Assembly (NCBI RefSeq): GCF_011386835.1
Contig: NC_088807.1
Span: 25,420,001-25,484,000, forward strand
Reading direction: 5' to 3'
Source: Chrysemys picta bellii
Lineage: Eukaryota
Length of the DNA: 64,000 nucleotides
Part shown: positions 34,257-49,510 of the stretch, in pieces
Numbering within the stretch: the first letter of the stretch is position 1
Layout of the letters: each line of letters starts with the position of its first letter
The notes under the pieces: model-generated
Seen by the model: the letters and a program-made list of their open reading frames with translations, nothing else
Told to the model about the DNA's origin: nothing
The model's database searches: none
Made by a program: the position numbers and the translations under genes

Positions 34257-37200
34257 ATGCACAAAGTGGACCTACCGCTGGAGAGCAAGGAGGCGGCTGC
34301 CCTCGAGGCGCGGAGGGAGCGAGAGAAGCAGCGGCAGAGCCGCATCTTCAACGCACGCCACCGCACCATGGGGGTGAGCCCCGCAGGGACCCGCTGCGTC
34401 CTCCAGGGGGTGCAAAGCTGGGAGAGGTGCTGACTCTGAGCCTTACCCCTAACCGGAGCCTGGAGCAGGAGCAACGGCTGACCTGCGGGGAGGGCTCTCA
34501 CGTACACAGCTCCCATGTGCCACCCTCCAAGGGGCATTCGGTGCCCATCACCTGCTCAGGGCTTGGCCACACCTGTCCAGTTATCAGGGAGCCTTGACAA
34601 AGTTGGGCACCATCTGCTGTGGAACAAGTCGAGACCCAGCTTCTAATTTCACTCAGAGGCCACCTATCAGACACCAGACTGGAGTGAATGGTTTTGATTG
34701 CAGGCCTGGGTTCTGTCCCCGGCACTAGGAGGGGAGTGGGGGCTGGTGGTTAGAGCAGGGACTGGGAGCCAGGACTCCTGGGTTCTCTCCCCGGCTCTGG
34801 GAGGGGAGTGGGGTCTAGTGATTGGGTGGGGGGAGAGTCAGGACTCCTGGTTTCTTTCCCCAACTCTGGGAGGATTTTTGCCTCCTCAGTAGCTCTCCCC
34901 TGCCCTTCTTTCCCCCCTCCACCCTGCCAGGTGGACGTGGAAGCCCTGAGGAGTCAAGTGGAGGAGCGGAAGCTGAGAGAGGAAACAGAGAAACGCCGGG
35001 ATGAGTCCTATGGTGAGAGCTCTGGCCAGCCCTGCCTTGTCCACCCCTTTGATCTCTGGGGGAGGTGCCCTGAACCCTAGCATCAGAAAGCAACAGGGGG
35101 CCAGGCCAGTGAGATGGCAGGACAACGGGGGTCCTCTATCTCTGACCAAGATGAGGGCTGGCTGTGGAGGGAGATCCCCGCTACTCCAGCCCTGGCCTCT
35201 CCAGCAGGGGGCGCCGTAGGGGTTGGGTCAGGACGACTGGCTGCTGGGAGGAGCTCCTGGCCTCTCCAGGAAGGGGCACTGTGGGGAGCTAGGCAGGAGC
35301 GCTGGCTGGTGGGGGAACAGGGGATCTGACCCTCTCTCCCCACAGACGCCGAGCGGGTGCTGTGCGACCGGGTGGCGCAGATGCTGGAGGAGGAGGAACG
35401 TCAGCGGGTGCGGCGCCTCCACCAGGCCGTGCAGGAGTTCCGGGAGCGGGAGCAGCCACCCCCCACCCGGCGGGAGTGGGACCTGTACAACCCCGAGGGG
35501 CTGCGCCGGGACCAGCCGGCCCGGGTCAGCGACTACGACCCCCGCTGCGGTCCCGCCAGCCTGCAGCGCTTCGCCGGCGAGGACCTGGCGCTGCCCACCC
35601 GCCGTCGGCTGCAGCAGGAGCAGCAGTGCCGCAGCCTAGAGGACCAGCGTGCCGACCAGCAGCGGGCCCTGGCCAACGCCAAGTATGCAGGTGAGAGCGT
35701 GGGCACAGGTCTAGTGGTTAGAGCGGGGGGAGTGGGGAGGCTGGGATCCAGGACCCCAGGGTTCTGGAGTCTAGTGATTTAGAGCAGGGGGGGGGGCTGG
35801 GAGGCAGGACTCCTGGGTTCCTTCTCTTCGCCAGCCTGGGAGAGGAGTGGGGGCTCGTGGTTAGTGCGGAAAAAGCGGGGAGCCAGGACTCCTGGGTTCT
35901 CTGGGAAGGGAATGGGGTCTAGTGCGGGTTAGAGTGAGGAGAGCTGGGAGCCAGGACTCCTGGGTTCTCTAGGAGGGGAGTGGGGACTAGTGCAGGTTAG
36001 AGTGGGGGGAGCTGGGAGACAGGACTCCTGGGTTCTCTGGGAGGGGAGTGGGGTCTCGTGTGTTAGATCGGGGGGGAGGAAGGACTCCTGGGTTCTCTGG
36101 GAGGGGAGTGGGGTCTCGTGTGTTAGATCGGGGAGAGGAAGGACTCCTGGGTTCTCTGGGAGAGGAGTGGGGTCTCGTGTGTTAGATCGGGGGGAGGAAG
36201 GACTCCTGGGTTCTCTGGGAGGGGGGTGGGGTCTCGTGTGTTAGATCCGGGGGAGGAAGGACTCCTGGGTTCTCTGGGAGGGCGGTGGGGTCTCGTGTGT
36301 TAGATCGGGGGGAGGAAGGACTCCTGGGTTCTCTGGGAGGGGAGTGGGGTCTCGTGTGTTAGATCCGGGGGAGGAAGGACTCCTGGGTTCTCTGGGAGGG
36401 CGGTGGGGTCTCGTGTGTTAGATCGGGGGGAGGAAGGACTCCTGGGTTCTCTGGGAGGGGAGTGGGGTCTCGTGTGTTAGATCGGGGGGAGCCAGGACTC
36501 CTGGGTTCCCAGAGGAAAACCACTCAGGGCGCCGTGCGCTGTCCTGACAGACACGCTGGAGGATAAGAAGCGAGTGGAGCTGGATCTGCGGGCACAGCAG
36601 CTGGCCCAGCTGGAGGAGGAGTGCCGCCGCGCCAAGGACCTCGCCACGGCCGACTACAACCGGGCCCAGGTAACCGCGTAGCCACCAACAGGGAGCTGGG
36701 GGTGGGGGCCGTGGGCTGGCAGACCTTGGCATGGGTTGGACAATAGGGCTGGCTCCTCTTCCCCAGGGGATTGTGGGTGACCAGGTCTCACCTGCTCCCT
36801 TGCCCGGGTGGGCCGTCAGGGCAAGTCCCCCCGCCTGGGGCTCAGTGCCAGGTCTCCCCTCGCCCCGCAGGCGGTAGAGGCGGCGGAGCAGCACCGGCTG
36901 GCGTGTCAGCGGGAACAGGACGACAACCAAGCCGAGATCCACAACCACCTGACGGGGCAGCTGCTGACAGAGGACCCAGCCGTGGCCGAGAGCCCGCTGG
37001 GCCCGCACCGGATCCTCACCGACCGCTGGAAGGGCATGAGCCCCACGCAAGTGGAGGCCGTGTGGAAGGCGCAGGAGGAGCAGCGGCAGGAGAACCAGGT
37101 CTCCGGAGGAAGGGAGGGGAGGGATTCCGGCAGCGGGGGGCGGGGGACGCGCAGCCCAGGGCACTATTCCCTCCCCCCGTCACCTGCCCCGCGCTTTGCC

Positions 37201-37652
37201 CCCCCAGAGGCTGCGGGAGGCAGAGCGGCAGCGGGAGGCTGAGTGGGAGATGCAGCGGCAGCGGGCAGCCCGTGCGGCCATGGTGCTGGAGGAGGAGGAG
37301 CGCCAGGCCCGGCTACAGCTGAGGAAAGGCCTGGATGCCTACAACCAGCAGCTGGCGCAGGAGCAGAGGGCACAGTGAGTGCCCCCCGGGGGTGGGGAGC
37401 TGTGAGGAGCAGGGCCGGTGTGGGTGCAGGAAGGAAGGTGCGGAAGCAGGAGGGGGTGAGGTTGGGCAGGGCTGGGGCTTTATGGGGGCGGGGCTGGGAG
37501 GTAGAGGATACAGAAGGGGTGGGGCCAGGTGAGTCCGGCTGGCCGCTAAGCCCCGCCCTTTGTCTTGCAGGCAACAGTACCTGCAGAGGGAGGTGTACAC
37601 CAATCCGCCCAGCGCCCAGTACCACCTGCAGTTCAATACCAGCAGCCGCTAG
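34257..37652 (+). CDS. RIBC1: RIBC1 copy B, 7 coding exons, 379 aa, intact; probable non-coding exon ending 33780
   Basis: Exons 34257-34373, 34931-35012, 35346-35690, 36551-36669, 36871-37098, 37208-37374, 37571-37652 (TAG). Acceptor at 34247-34248 just upstream of ATG; donor CAG|GTGAGT at 33780/33781. Confidence 0.95.
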
Positions 37653-38250
37653 GCCCAGCCCCGGGGCACCGACTCCGAAACCCCCATGGACCGCCCCCTG
37701 CCCTGCCGGGACATGCCCAATCCCCACCCTTATCACTACCCCTGCCCCACCCAATCCCTGCCCTCCCAGGACACGCCCAATCCCCACCCCCTGCCCCAAT
37801 CATTACCCTCACCCCACCAGCACACACCCAATTCCCACCCCCCCGCCCCGCCTGGACACACCCAGTACCCGCCCCCTGCCCCACAATGACACGCCCGAGG
37901 GTCTCCCCTCCTATGGCCAGGACGCCCCCACTCCCCCCTTGCTGGGGGGGATCTGACACTCGGCCCTGTTCTTTCAGCCACAACGGCATCCAATAAACTG
38001 TCGTGCCCCACAGCAGGCTGCCCCCATGGTCTGTAGGGCCGGGTAGCACTGGGAGCTCCCCACTGCAGGAGAGTGCCCCGAGGGGGGCTGAGTGGTTACA
38101 GCAGGCGGCTGGGTGCCAGGACTCCTGGGTTCTCTCCCCGGCTCTGGGAGGAGAGGGGGGGCTCAGGGCTAGCACAGAATCCCAGCACCCCGAGAGCACA
38201 TCGAGAATCGTTTATTAAGGTCCAGATGCCGACTGGGGCAGGAGTCGTCA

Positions 38251-41046
<2,796 letters not shown>

Positions 41047-41289
41047 CTTGCTGCCCCTCCACGCTCCGCCCCCTTACACAGGGGCGGGCCAATCAGAGGC
41101 AAGGCCACTCTTAAGGGGGAGGCAGACACTCTTTAATAATCTGGGGCTATTAATCCCCAGGAGGGGGGGCTCTTAAAGGAGAGGGTGCAGGGAGATCTTA
41201 AAGGGAAAGAGCGAGGCCAAACCAAAGGTAGGGAGGGAAAAACTGAACATAGTCCTTAAAGGGGAGGGAGGGGTGAACGGGGCAGGGGG

Positions 41290-41850
41290 AGCCAGGACTC
41301 CTGGGTTCTCTCCCCGGCTCTGGGAGGGGAGTGGGGGCTGGTGGGTTAGAGCAGGGGGCTGGGAGCCAGGACTCCTGGGTTCTCTCCATGGCTCTGGGAG
41401 GGGAGTGGGGGCTGGTGGTTAGAGCAGGGGGGGCTGGGAGCCGGACTCCTGGGTTCTCTCCCCGGCTCTGGGCTGGGAGTGGGGGCTGGTGGGTTAGAGC
41501 AGGGGGGGCTGGGAGCCAGGACTCCTGGGTTCTCTCCATGGCTCTGGGAGGGGAGTGGGGGCTGGTGGTTAGAGCAGGGGGGGCTGGGAGCCAGGACTCC
41601 TGGGTTCTCTCCCCGGCTCTGGGAGGGGAGTGGTGTCTAGTGGTTAGAGCTGAGAGCCAGAACTCCTGGGTTCTCTCCCCGGCTCTGGGAGGGGAGTGGG
41701 GTCTGGTGGTTAGAGCAGGGGGGGCTGGGAGCCCGGACTCCTGGGTTCTCTCCCCAGCTCTGGGAGGGGAGTGGGGGCTGGTGGGTTAGACCAAGGGGGG
41801 CTGGGAGCCCGGACTCCTGGGTTCTCTCCCTGGCTCTGGGAAGGGGTGAA
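41290..41850 (+). repeat. Tandem array of tRNA/MIR-like SINE heads (about 75-bp unit)
   Basis: GGTGGTTAGAGCAGGG(G)..CTGGGAGCCAGGACTCCTGGGTTCTCTCCCCGGCTCTGGGAGGGGAGTGGGG repeated about 7 times; also dispersed across the window. Confidence 0.8.
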
Positions 41851-42977
41851 TAGGTTGTTTGTCCTTTTATAGCTTTCCACAGCACCCCCCACCCTCACCC
41901 ACACACACAACGGGGGGGGGGGGAACTATCACAGTTTATTTACACTTTTTTGATACCATTTGCTTTACAAAGTGCCCGTGAGCAAAGGACTGTCACAGGC
42001 CCAGCAGCCATCTTGGAAGCCGGGGGGGGGGGGGGGGGGGGGCGGGTCCTGCCAGGTCTCCTGCTGAGCCCCCCTCTGCAGACAGTACTTGCCCATGACG
42101 CCCTCCTATCCCGCAATCTCCCACAGCCAAAGGGGCAGGGGCGGCTCCCCTTTCATCCCTGCCCCTAATCCTGCTGGCTCTGGAACACTGCTCCAGAAAT
42201 GATGGGTTCTGGGGTCACCCACACACAGCAGGGGCCAGGGTTCCTCTAGAACCCAGCCCGGGCGCTCCAGAAGCAGCTTGACTTGCTCCAGAGCTCACAG
42301 GCGACATCATGCTGGAAATCACTCACTGTTCTAGAATCGACTCCCATCTCTACCGTAAACACCCCCCCCACTCTAGAACAGTCTGGTTTGGGTCTAGGAC
42401 CCAGGGGCCTCCCTCCAGTTCACACTGTAAACCTTGCTCTCAAACCCCATGGTTCTAGCTCCCAGGCCCACATCTACGCTGGCTCTAGAGCCCATTAGGC
42501 TCCAGAACCCACTTTACAGGGTCACTGGATCCAGTTTGAACCCCACCCTAGAACCTTGCTCTAGAACCCACTGTGCATACTCTGTGTCCCACATCAAAGC
42601 TCACTCCAGAACCTACACTGAGGCTTCCTTGAGACCCCAAAACCACGTGTGCTCCAAAACACATTGGCCTGGCTCTAGAGCCCATTTAAAAACCATCCCC
42701 AAACTCATCATCTCTGCTCCTGAACCCAGCTTTCATCTCACTCTAGTCGAAGCCTCACTCTAGAGCCCAAGCCTGGTCACGTTCTAGATCTTGCTGCTCC
42801 TGCTCCAGAACCCATTGAATCACTACTCTGGAACCCACAGAAGTTGTTCTAGAACTCAGTCCCAGCCATGGCGGCCACGTTCCCCCTCTGCCGGACTCCA
42901 TCCACGTCCTGCCACTCCCCAGAGAGGACGTGCCCTCATCCCAAGTCCAGCAGAATGGGGGGAGGGGGGAAGGGGGC

Positions 42978-45900
42978 TCAGTCGTCCTCGGTGCCCCCCA
43001 CGTAGTGGCAGACAGCGTCGTAGTCCAGCGCCAGGACGTCCCCATCCTCATCGCGCTGCAGTTGCACCAGCGCCCGGCTCCGCTGCTGGTCGCGCTGCAG
43101 GATCCGGCCCACCTGGGGAGGGGAGGGGGGACAGGAAGCTCCTGTGAGTCCTGCGTGGAGGGGGGGGGCAGTCTGCAAAGGATTCTGGGAAGAAGGGCGG
43201 CTGCGTACAGACTCCCGCAAGAGGGAGGGCTCAGCTGGTAACTTGGGGGGCAGATGAGGGAGCTTCTCCAGCATAATCCCCTTCACCCAGGATCCCCCTT
43301 ATATCCCCCCCTCATTACCCCTGGATTCCCCCGCCCCCGCAGCACTAACCCCCAGCTACCCTGCCCCCTACCCTCTGTGTATCTTCCCCCCAGCTCCCGC
43401 GCATCCTCGGAATCCATCCCCCACCCCTTCAGATTCCCCCCACTCCCTCCAACCCCCCATATGTTCTTCCCCCAGCCCCCCAGAACCCCTCGGCTTCCCC
43501 ACCCCCATGTGTCCTCCTCCCACCCCTTCAGATCCTCCCCCCTCACTTCCTGCAGCTCCCAGCCTCCCCATTACCCCCTGCGGTCCCTGCCAGGGAGGGG
43601 GTTTGGGGGTCGCTCACCCTGCCAGCATGCTCCCCCAGCACCACCAGCACCCAGTCCGCGGTGCCCCTGGGGATGACCGTCTCCAGCATGGCCTCCCGGA
43701 TGCCTGGGGGGTTGAGGAGGAGATGGGTCAGCGCCATACAGTGGGTCCCCCCCACACGATCCCTGGCCCCCAACAACCCACCCCACAGACACCCCTCCGG
43801 CCGCTCCAACACCCCCGCTCCCCAATGACCTGGGGTCACCCCTCCCCCACTGTAGTCAGCTCGCTTCCCACACAAACCCCCTTACCTCATGGTCATCAGA
43901 CCCTCCTGGCAAGTGCCCCCACCCCAGATACACCCTCGAGGTCACCCACCCCATGGATCCCTCTACAGATCCCTCGCCCCCCCCTCAACCCCACAAAACA
44001 CAAAGTGGCTCCTCTAGCATCCCCAATAATCTGGGGTCATCCTGCCCCCCACAACCCTCTCCCCAGAGTCACATGCCCCATATCAGGACATACTCCCCCA
44101 TAACCTCCTCCAGGGAATCAACCCCCTTCTGCTGGGGTATGACAAAGGGGTGCCCCCCCCCCGCAACTTACCATCCAAGACCTGCCCCTCCTCCGTCCGG
44201 CAGACACACGTATCTGGGCTCAGCACGTCCTCAATCAGCATCTAGGGAGAGAGAGAGGGGGGTGGAATGGGGCATGGGGCCTATCCCCTCTAGTGGGCGC
44301 CGGTCCCACCTGGGCCCAGGGCAGGCACTGGCTGGCTCAGGGGGACGAGGAATGGGGCAGGGGCCTGTCCCCTCTAGGGGGCGCTGGGAATGGGGCAGGG
44401 ACCTGTCCCCTCTAGGGGGCGCCGGCTCCCACCCGGCCCCAGGGCAGGGACTGGCTGGCTCGGAGGGGTGGGGAATGGGGCAGGGGCCTGTCCCCTCTAG
44501 GGGGCGCCGGGAATGGGGCAGGGACCTGTCCCCTCTAGGGGGCGCCGGCTCCCACCCGGCCCCAGGGCGGGGACTGGCTGGCTCGGGGGGATGGGGAATG
44601 GGATGCTGGTTCCCATCCGGCCCCAGGGGGTGGGGGGAGGTACCTTGGTATTATAGTATTTTCCCCCCTTGTAGAGCTTGTCCACGAAGCGAACCCGCAG
44701 ATCTCGCCGCAGCCAGTGGGGGGAGCGGGAGGACGAGGAGCTGCTGCTGCTGCTGCCTTTAGTCTGCTTCCCGGCGCGGGCGTCGCTGCGGGAGAACGGG
44801 CAGTCAGGGGCAGTCCTGGCGCTAGGGGGCGCCACGCTGTGAGGAATGGGTCAGGCAGGGCCTGGCGTTGGGGTGCACCGTGCGGCGGGGTGCTGTGTTT
44901 TATCGAGCTGCCCCGGCCTCAGGGCAGGAACCCTGGCATCCGGGCTGCACTACAGATCGGGGGAGTCCATTTTGCCTTTCTAAAAATTCCTCTGGGGTTT
45001 GAACCAGAGACAAGAATCAGCCGCACTTCCTGCCCTCAACAGCAGCACCAGCTGTCACCCGCCCTAGAGGTGGCTGCATCTCAGCCCCGGGCGAGCCATC
45101 CCCATGCGGCGTTATGTGCGGCTGTTCACCAGCTGCCCCACCCCAGACATGGCTGCATCTCAGCATGGGCGAGCCATCACCGTGCGGCGTTATATGCGGC
45201 TGTTCCCCAGCTGCCCCACCCCAGACATGGCTGCATCTCAGCCCCGGGCGAGCCATCCCCGTGCGGCGTTATGTGTGGCTGTTCCCCAACTGCCCCACCC
45301 CAGAGGTGGCCGCCTCTCAGCGCCAGGCGAGCCATCCTAGTTCTCTACCTCTCTGAGTCTGCTGGCTGTTTCCTCTTTCTGTCCTTCTCTTCCCCCTTCT
45401 CTCGGGGGACCCTGGCGTCCGGGGTGTCGGTGGGTCCATTTCTCTGCTTCTCTTCTTTTTCCTTGTGGGCTTTGCTTAAGCGGCCTGAGAAGGGGATTGG
45501 GGAGACAAACGGGGGTGAGGATGGCGGGGGGGGCTAGGGTGAGGCGGGGGTACTGAGGGAAGTCATGTGACTCACTCAGATCCTTGGCTAGTTTCTCATA
45601 CTCCTTCCGGGTCACAGGTCGCAGGCTGTGCTGGCTGATGGTGACGATCTTATCCCCGATGGCCAGTTTCACCATCACCCGGGCGTTATCGGGGTCTACA
45701 CCTTCGATCTGGGGGCCGGGAGAGAAATAGATGAGACTGGGGGATCGAGGCCTGATCCCTCTAGGGGGCGCCAGCTCCCATTCGGCCCCAGGGCAGGGAC
45801 TGGCTGGCTCAGGGGGGTGGGGAGTGGGGCAGGGGCCTGTCCCCTCTGGGGGGCGCCGGCTCCCATCCAGCCCCAGGGCGGGGAGTGGCTGGCTCAGGGG

Positions 45901-48579
45901 GGTGGGGAGTGGGGCAGGGGCCTGTCCCCTCTGGGGGGCGCCGGCTCCCATCCAGCCCCAGGGCGGGGAGTGGCTGACTCAGGGAGGCCGGGAACAGGGG
46001 AAACTCACCTTCCCATAGAGGTCTTTGTGGGGCCCAGCCATGATCAGCACGGCGCCCCCGGCCACCAGCCCCAGTGGCTCCTCCTCGCCCCCCTGGCGCT
46101 CTTCGCCCGGCTTGGGGGGCCGTGGGGGGCGGGCCGGCTGCAGGTCCTGGATGGCCGAGCGGTCGGCTCCCAGGCCCAGCCCCCTGGGGCGCAGCTGGTG
46201 CTCCAGGGGCTTCACATCCCTAAATAGGGGGGAAGGGATATTCAGGGACACCCCCCCGAACTGACCTTTGACCTGCACCCATCTATCACCGCCCCATAAT
46301 GACCTATGATCCCCCCATTGGTTTATAACCTCACCCAAACTCTCCCTGCCCCCCCATATGACCCCTCCACCTCCTGCCTCCACCAGATCTGACCCACAAC
46401 CCCCCCCCGATCTATGCCCGCCCCCCCGGGGTCACTCACTGCTTGAAGGTGCGTCCGATGCCCTCGCCCGCCTTCCAGCCCATGCCCCTCAGCATGGCAA
46501 CGCCGTAGGCCTCCACAGGCACCACCTCGTAATCTGCTTCCGTCGACTGCAGGAGGAGAAGGGCAGGAGCGACGTTAACCCGCGGAACTACCTGCCACAG
46601 GACCAAAGGGGCCCTGCCACAGGGGGTGGGACTCCAGGGACGGATGGGAGGCTGTCGGGGGACCCTCTTACCGATTCTGGCCGCAGGCTCACGTCCACCC
46701 GGTCGCTGTCCTCGTACCCGTCAGGGACGCGGTTCTGCAGGAGCAGGGGGATGGCCAGGTTGGGGTCAGCCTTGGTGCCGCTCTCCCACCGCTCCTGGGA
46801 CTGCCGGCACTCTGCAATGCACAGGAATCTGTCAGGAGCCGGACGCCTGGGTCCCAGCCCCAGCAGTGGGTGCTAGTGGTTAGAATGGGGGGGGGGGAGA
46901 CTGAGAGCCAGGACTCCTGGGTTCTCTCCCCGCTCTGGGAGGGGAGTGGGGGCTAGTGGGTTAGAGCAGGGGGGGCTGAGAGCCAGGACTCCTGGGTTCT
47001 CTCCTGGCTCAGGGAGTGGGGGCTAGTGGTTAGAGCGCAGGGGGGGGGGGCGGGCTGGGAGCCAGGACTCCTGGGTTCCCTGCCATGCTCACCCTCTATG
47101 ATCTCCCTGACGGCCTGGGACTCCACGCCATCATCCTTCTGGTGGTCCGGGGCCCCCACAGGGGGCGTCTCCGGCTTCTTCCATTGGTTGCGCTGGATCA
47201 AGGGGATGATGAGTGCCTTAGGGGGCGGGGCCGGCCGGAGGCTGGGGACCAAAGTGAAACCGTCCCGTTACCATGGGATACCTGGAACGTGCTCCAGCCC
47301 CCTGTGCCATGGCTCCTCCCACTGCCCCACCCCCCGTGGGCCTGCCCCAATGGCCCCTCTCCTACTCTCACCCACTGCATGCAGACCCTGCGCTCAGCCC
47401 CTCCTCCACATGGCCCCTCCCACACTGACCTCCCCACCCGCATGTGATCCCACCCACCTGCATGGCCACACCCCTCCCGCCCCATGCCTCCTCCCTCAGA
47501 CACGCCCCCTCCCGCCCACGGCCCTTCCCCCAGACACGCCCCCTCCCACCCCACACCGCCTCCCCCAGACATACCCCCTCCCACCTCCTCCCCAGACACA
47601 CCCCCTATCCTCCCCATGCCCCCTCCCCCAGACACACCCCCTCCCACCCCCCGCCCCCTCCCCAGACACGCCCCCTCCCACCCCACACCGCCTCCCCCAG
47701 ACATACCCCCTCCCACCTCCCGCCCCCTCCCCAGACACGTCCTCTCCCGCCCCATGCCTCCTCCCTCAGACACGCCCCCTCCCGCCCACGGCCCTTCCCC
47801 CAGACACGCCCCCTCCCGCCCCACACCGCCTCTCCCAGACATACCCCCTCCCACCTCCCGCCCCCTCCCCAGACACACCCCCTCCCGCCCCATGCCTCCT
47901 CCCTCAGACACGCCCCCTCCCGCCCACGGCCCTTCCCCCAGACACGCCCCCTATCCTCCCCATGCCCCCTCCCCCAGACACACCACCTCCCGCCCCCTCC
48001 CCAGACACGCCCCCTCCCGCCCCACACCGCCTCCACCAGACATACCCCCTCCCACCTCCTCCCCAGACACCCCCCCTCCCGCCCCATGCCTCCTCCCTCA
48101 GACACGCCCCCTCCCGCCCACGGCACTTCCCCCAGACACGCCCCCTCCCACCTCCCGCCCCCTCCCTCAGACACGCCCTCTCCCTCCCCATGCCTCCTCC
48201 CTCAGACACGCCCCCTCCCGCCCCATGCCCCCTCCCTCAGACACGCCCCCTCCCGCCTACGCCCCCTCCCGCCCACGGCCCCTCCACCAGACCCGCCCCC
48301 TCCCGCCCACGGCTCCTCCCCCCAGACCCGCCCCACGGCCCCTCCCCCCAGACACGACCCCTCCCAAGTCTTTGGAGACCCATCCGGGCCCGCGCATGCG
48401 CGCTGCTCTCACCTGCGCAGCTCGCTCCCCTCCACGGCGCTGATGAAGTCGGGCTCCGGGGCGGCCCGTGCCCCGCCCTCCCCCACGAGCCGCCTGCGCG
48501 CGGTCGTGCGCGTGAACCCGAACGAGACCGGGCGCGAGGCTGGGGGGCCGCCCGCCGCCGGGCCGCCGTCCGACGCCAT
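42978..48579 (-). CDS. GPKOW: GPKOW copy B, complete, 11 exons, 491 aa
   Basis: Exons 48579-48413, 47241-47093, 46811-46672, 46546-46440, 46219-46009, 45708-45576, 45484-45349, 44785-44644, 44241-44172, 43703-43618, 43112-42978 total 1476 nt in frame. N-terminal VSFGFTRT, G-patch, two KOW regions. Confidence 0.95.
47465..48360. repeat. C-rich minisatellite in GPKOW intron 1
   Basis: Repeating CCCCAGACACGCCCCCTCCC(G/A)CCCC units. Confidence 0.9.
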
Positions 48580-48930
48580 CTTGCTCACCGTCGCAGCGCA
48601 AGGAATCATGGGGGTTGTAGTCCCGGCCCCGCGCGCTGCCTCATGGGGGAGGTGGCCCCGTCCCCGCGCAAAGCATGATGGGGGATGTAGTCCAGGCGCC
48701 GCGCTGCCTCATGGGATTTGTGTAGCCCCGCCCTCCGCGCAACGCATCACGGGGGATTAGTCCCTCCCCCCGCGCTGCCTCATGGGGGAATGTAGCCACG
48801 CCCCCGGGCAAGGCATCATGGGGAATTAGTCCCTCCCCCCGCGCTGCCTCATGGGGGAATGTAGCCACGCCCCCGGGCAAGGCATCACGGGAGATGTAGT
48901 CCTGGGGCTGAGACTACAGCTCCCATGAGG
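48580..48930 (-). promoter_or_regulatory. GPKOW promoter with array of ACTACAnnTCCC-type (ZNF143/THAP11) motifs
   Basis: About 33-bp degenerate repeat directly upstream of the ATG, e.g. minus-strand GGACTACATCTCCCGTGATGC (48882-48902) and plus-strand GACTACAGCTCCCATGAGG (48912-48930). Confidence 0.7.
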
Positions 48931-49009
48931 CCGTGCGGGGCTCGGGTCTGTGGCTCCCACGAGCCCCCCTGGCTCCAGTTGCCTGAAACCTCATCAGACC
49001 CTCCCCCAC

Positions 49010-49510
49010 GTGGCCCTAGGGGAGGGGGCGCTGGGCTGGGAGCCCCAATCCCCCCCCCCCGCAGCCCTAGGGGAGGGGGCGCTGGGCTGGGAGCCCCAAT
49101 CCCCCCCCCCCGCAGCCCTAGGGGAGGGGGCGCTGGGCTGGGAGCCCCAATCCCCCCCTTGCAGTCCTAGGGGAGGGGGTGCTGGGCTGGGAGCCCCAAT
49201 CCCCCCCTTGCAGTCCTAGGGGAGGGGGTGCTGGGCTGGGAGCCCCAATCCCCCCCTTGCAGTCCTAGGGGAGGGGGCGCTGGGCTGGGAGCCCCAATCC
49301 CCCCCTTGCAGTCCTAGGGGAGGGGGCGCTGGGCTGGGAGCCCCAATCCCCCCCTTGCAGTCCTAGGGGAGGGGGTGCTGGGCTGGGAGCCCCAATACCC
49401 CCCGCAGCCCTAGGGGAGGGGGCGCTGGGCTGGGAGCCCCAATCCCCCCCTTGCAGTCCTAGGGGAGGGGGTGCTGGGCTGGAAGCTCGGGGAGCCCCAA
49501 TCCCCCCCCC
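49010..49510. repeat. Minisatellite (about 55-bp unit) upstream of GPKOW
   Basis: CCTAGGGGAGGGGG(C/T)GCTGGGCTGGGAGCCCCAATCCCCCC repeated about 9 times. Confidence 0.92.

Noticed and set aside
36513-36550. Upstream AG as the RIBC1 exon 4 acceptor
   Set aside because: It gives an in-frame TGA; the acceptor ending at 36550 restores the RIB43A frame and the 379-aa length.
47267-47281. X-box-like GTTACCATGGGATAC in GPKOW intron 1
   Set aside because: One half-site is off-consensus with extra spacing, and there is no supporting context.
47026-48760. 550-aa and 438-aa proline-rich ORFs
   Set aside because: C-rich minisatellite in GPKOW intron 1; no coding signature.
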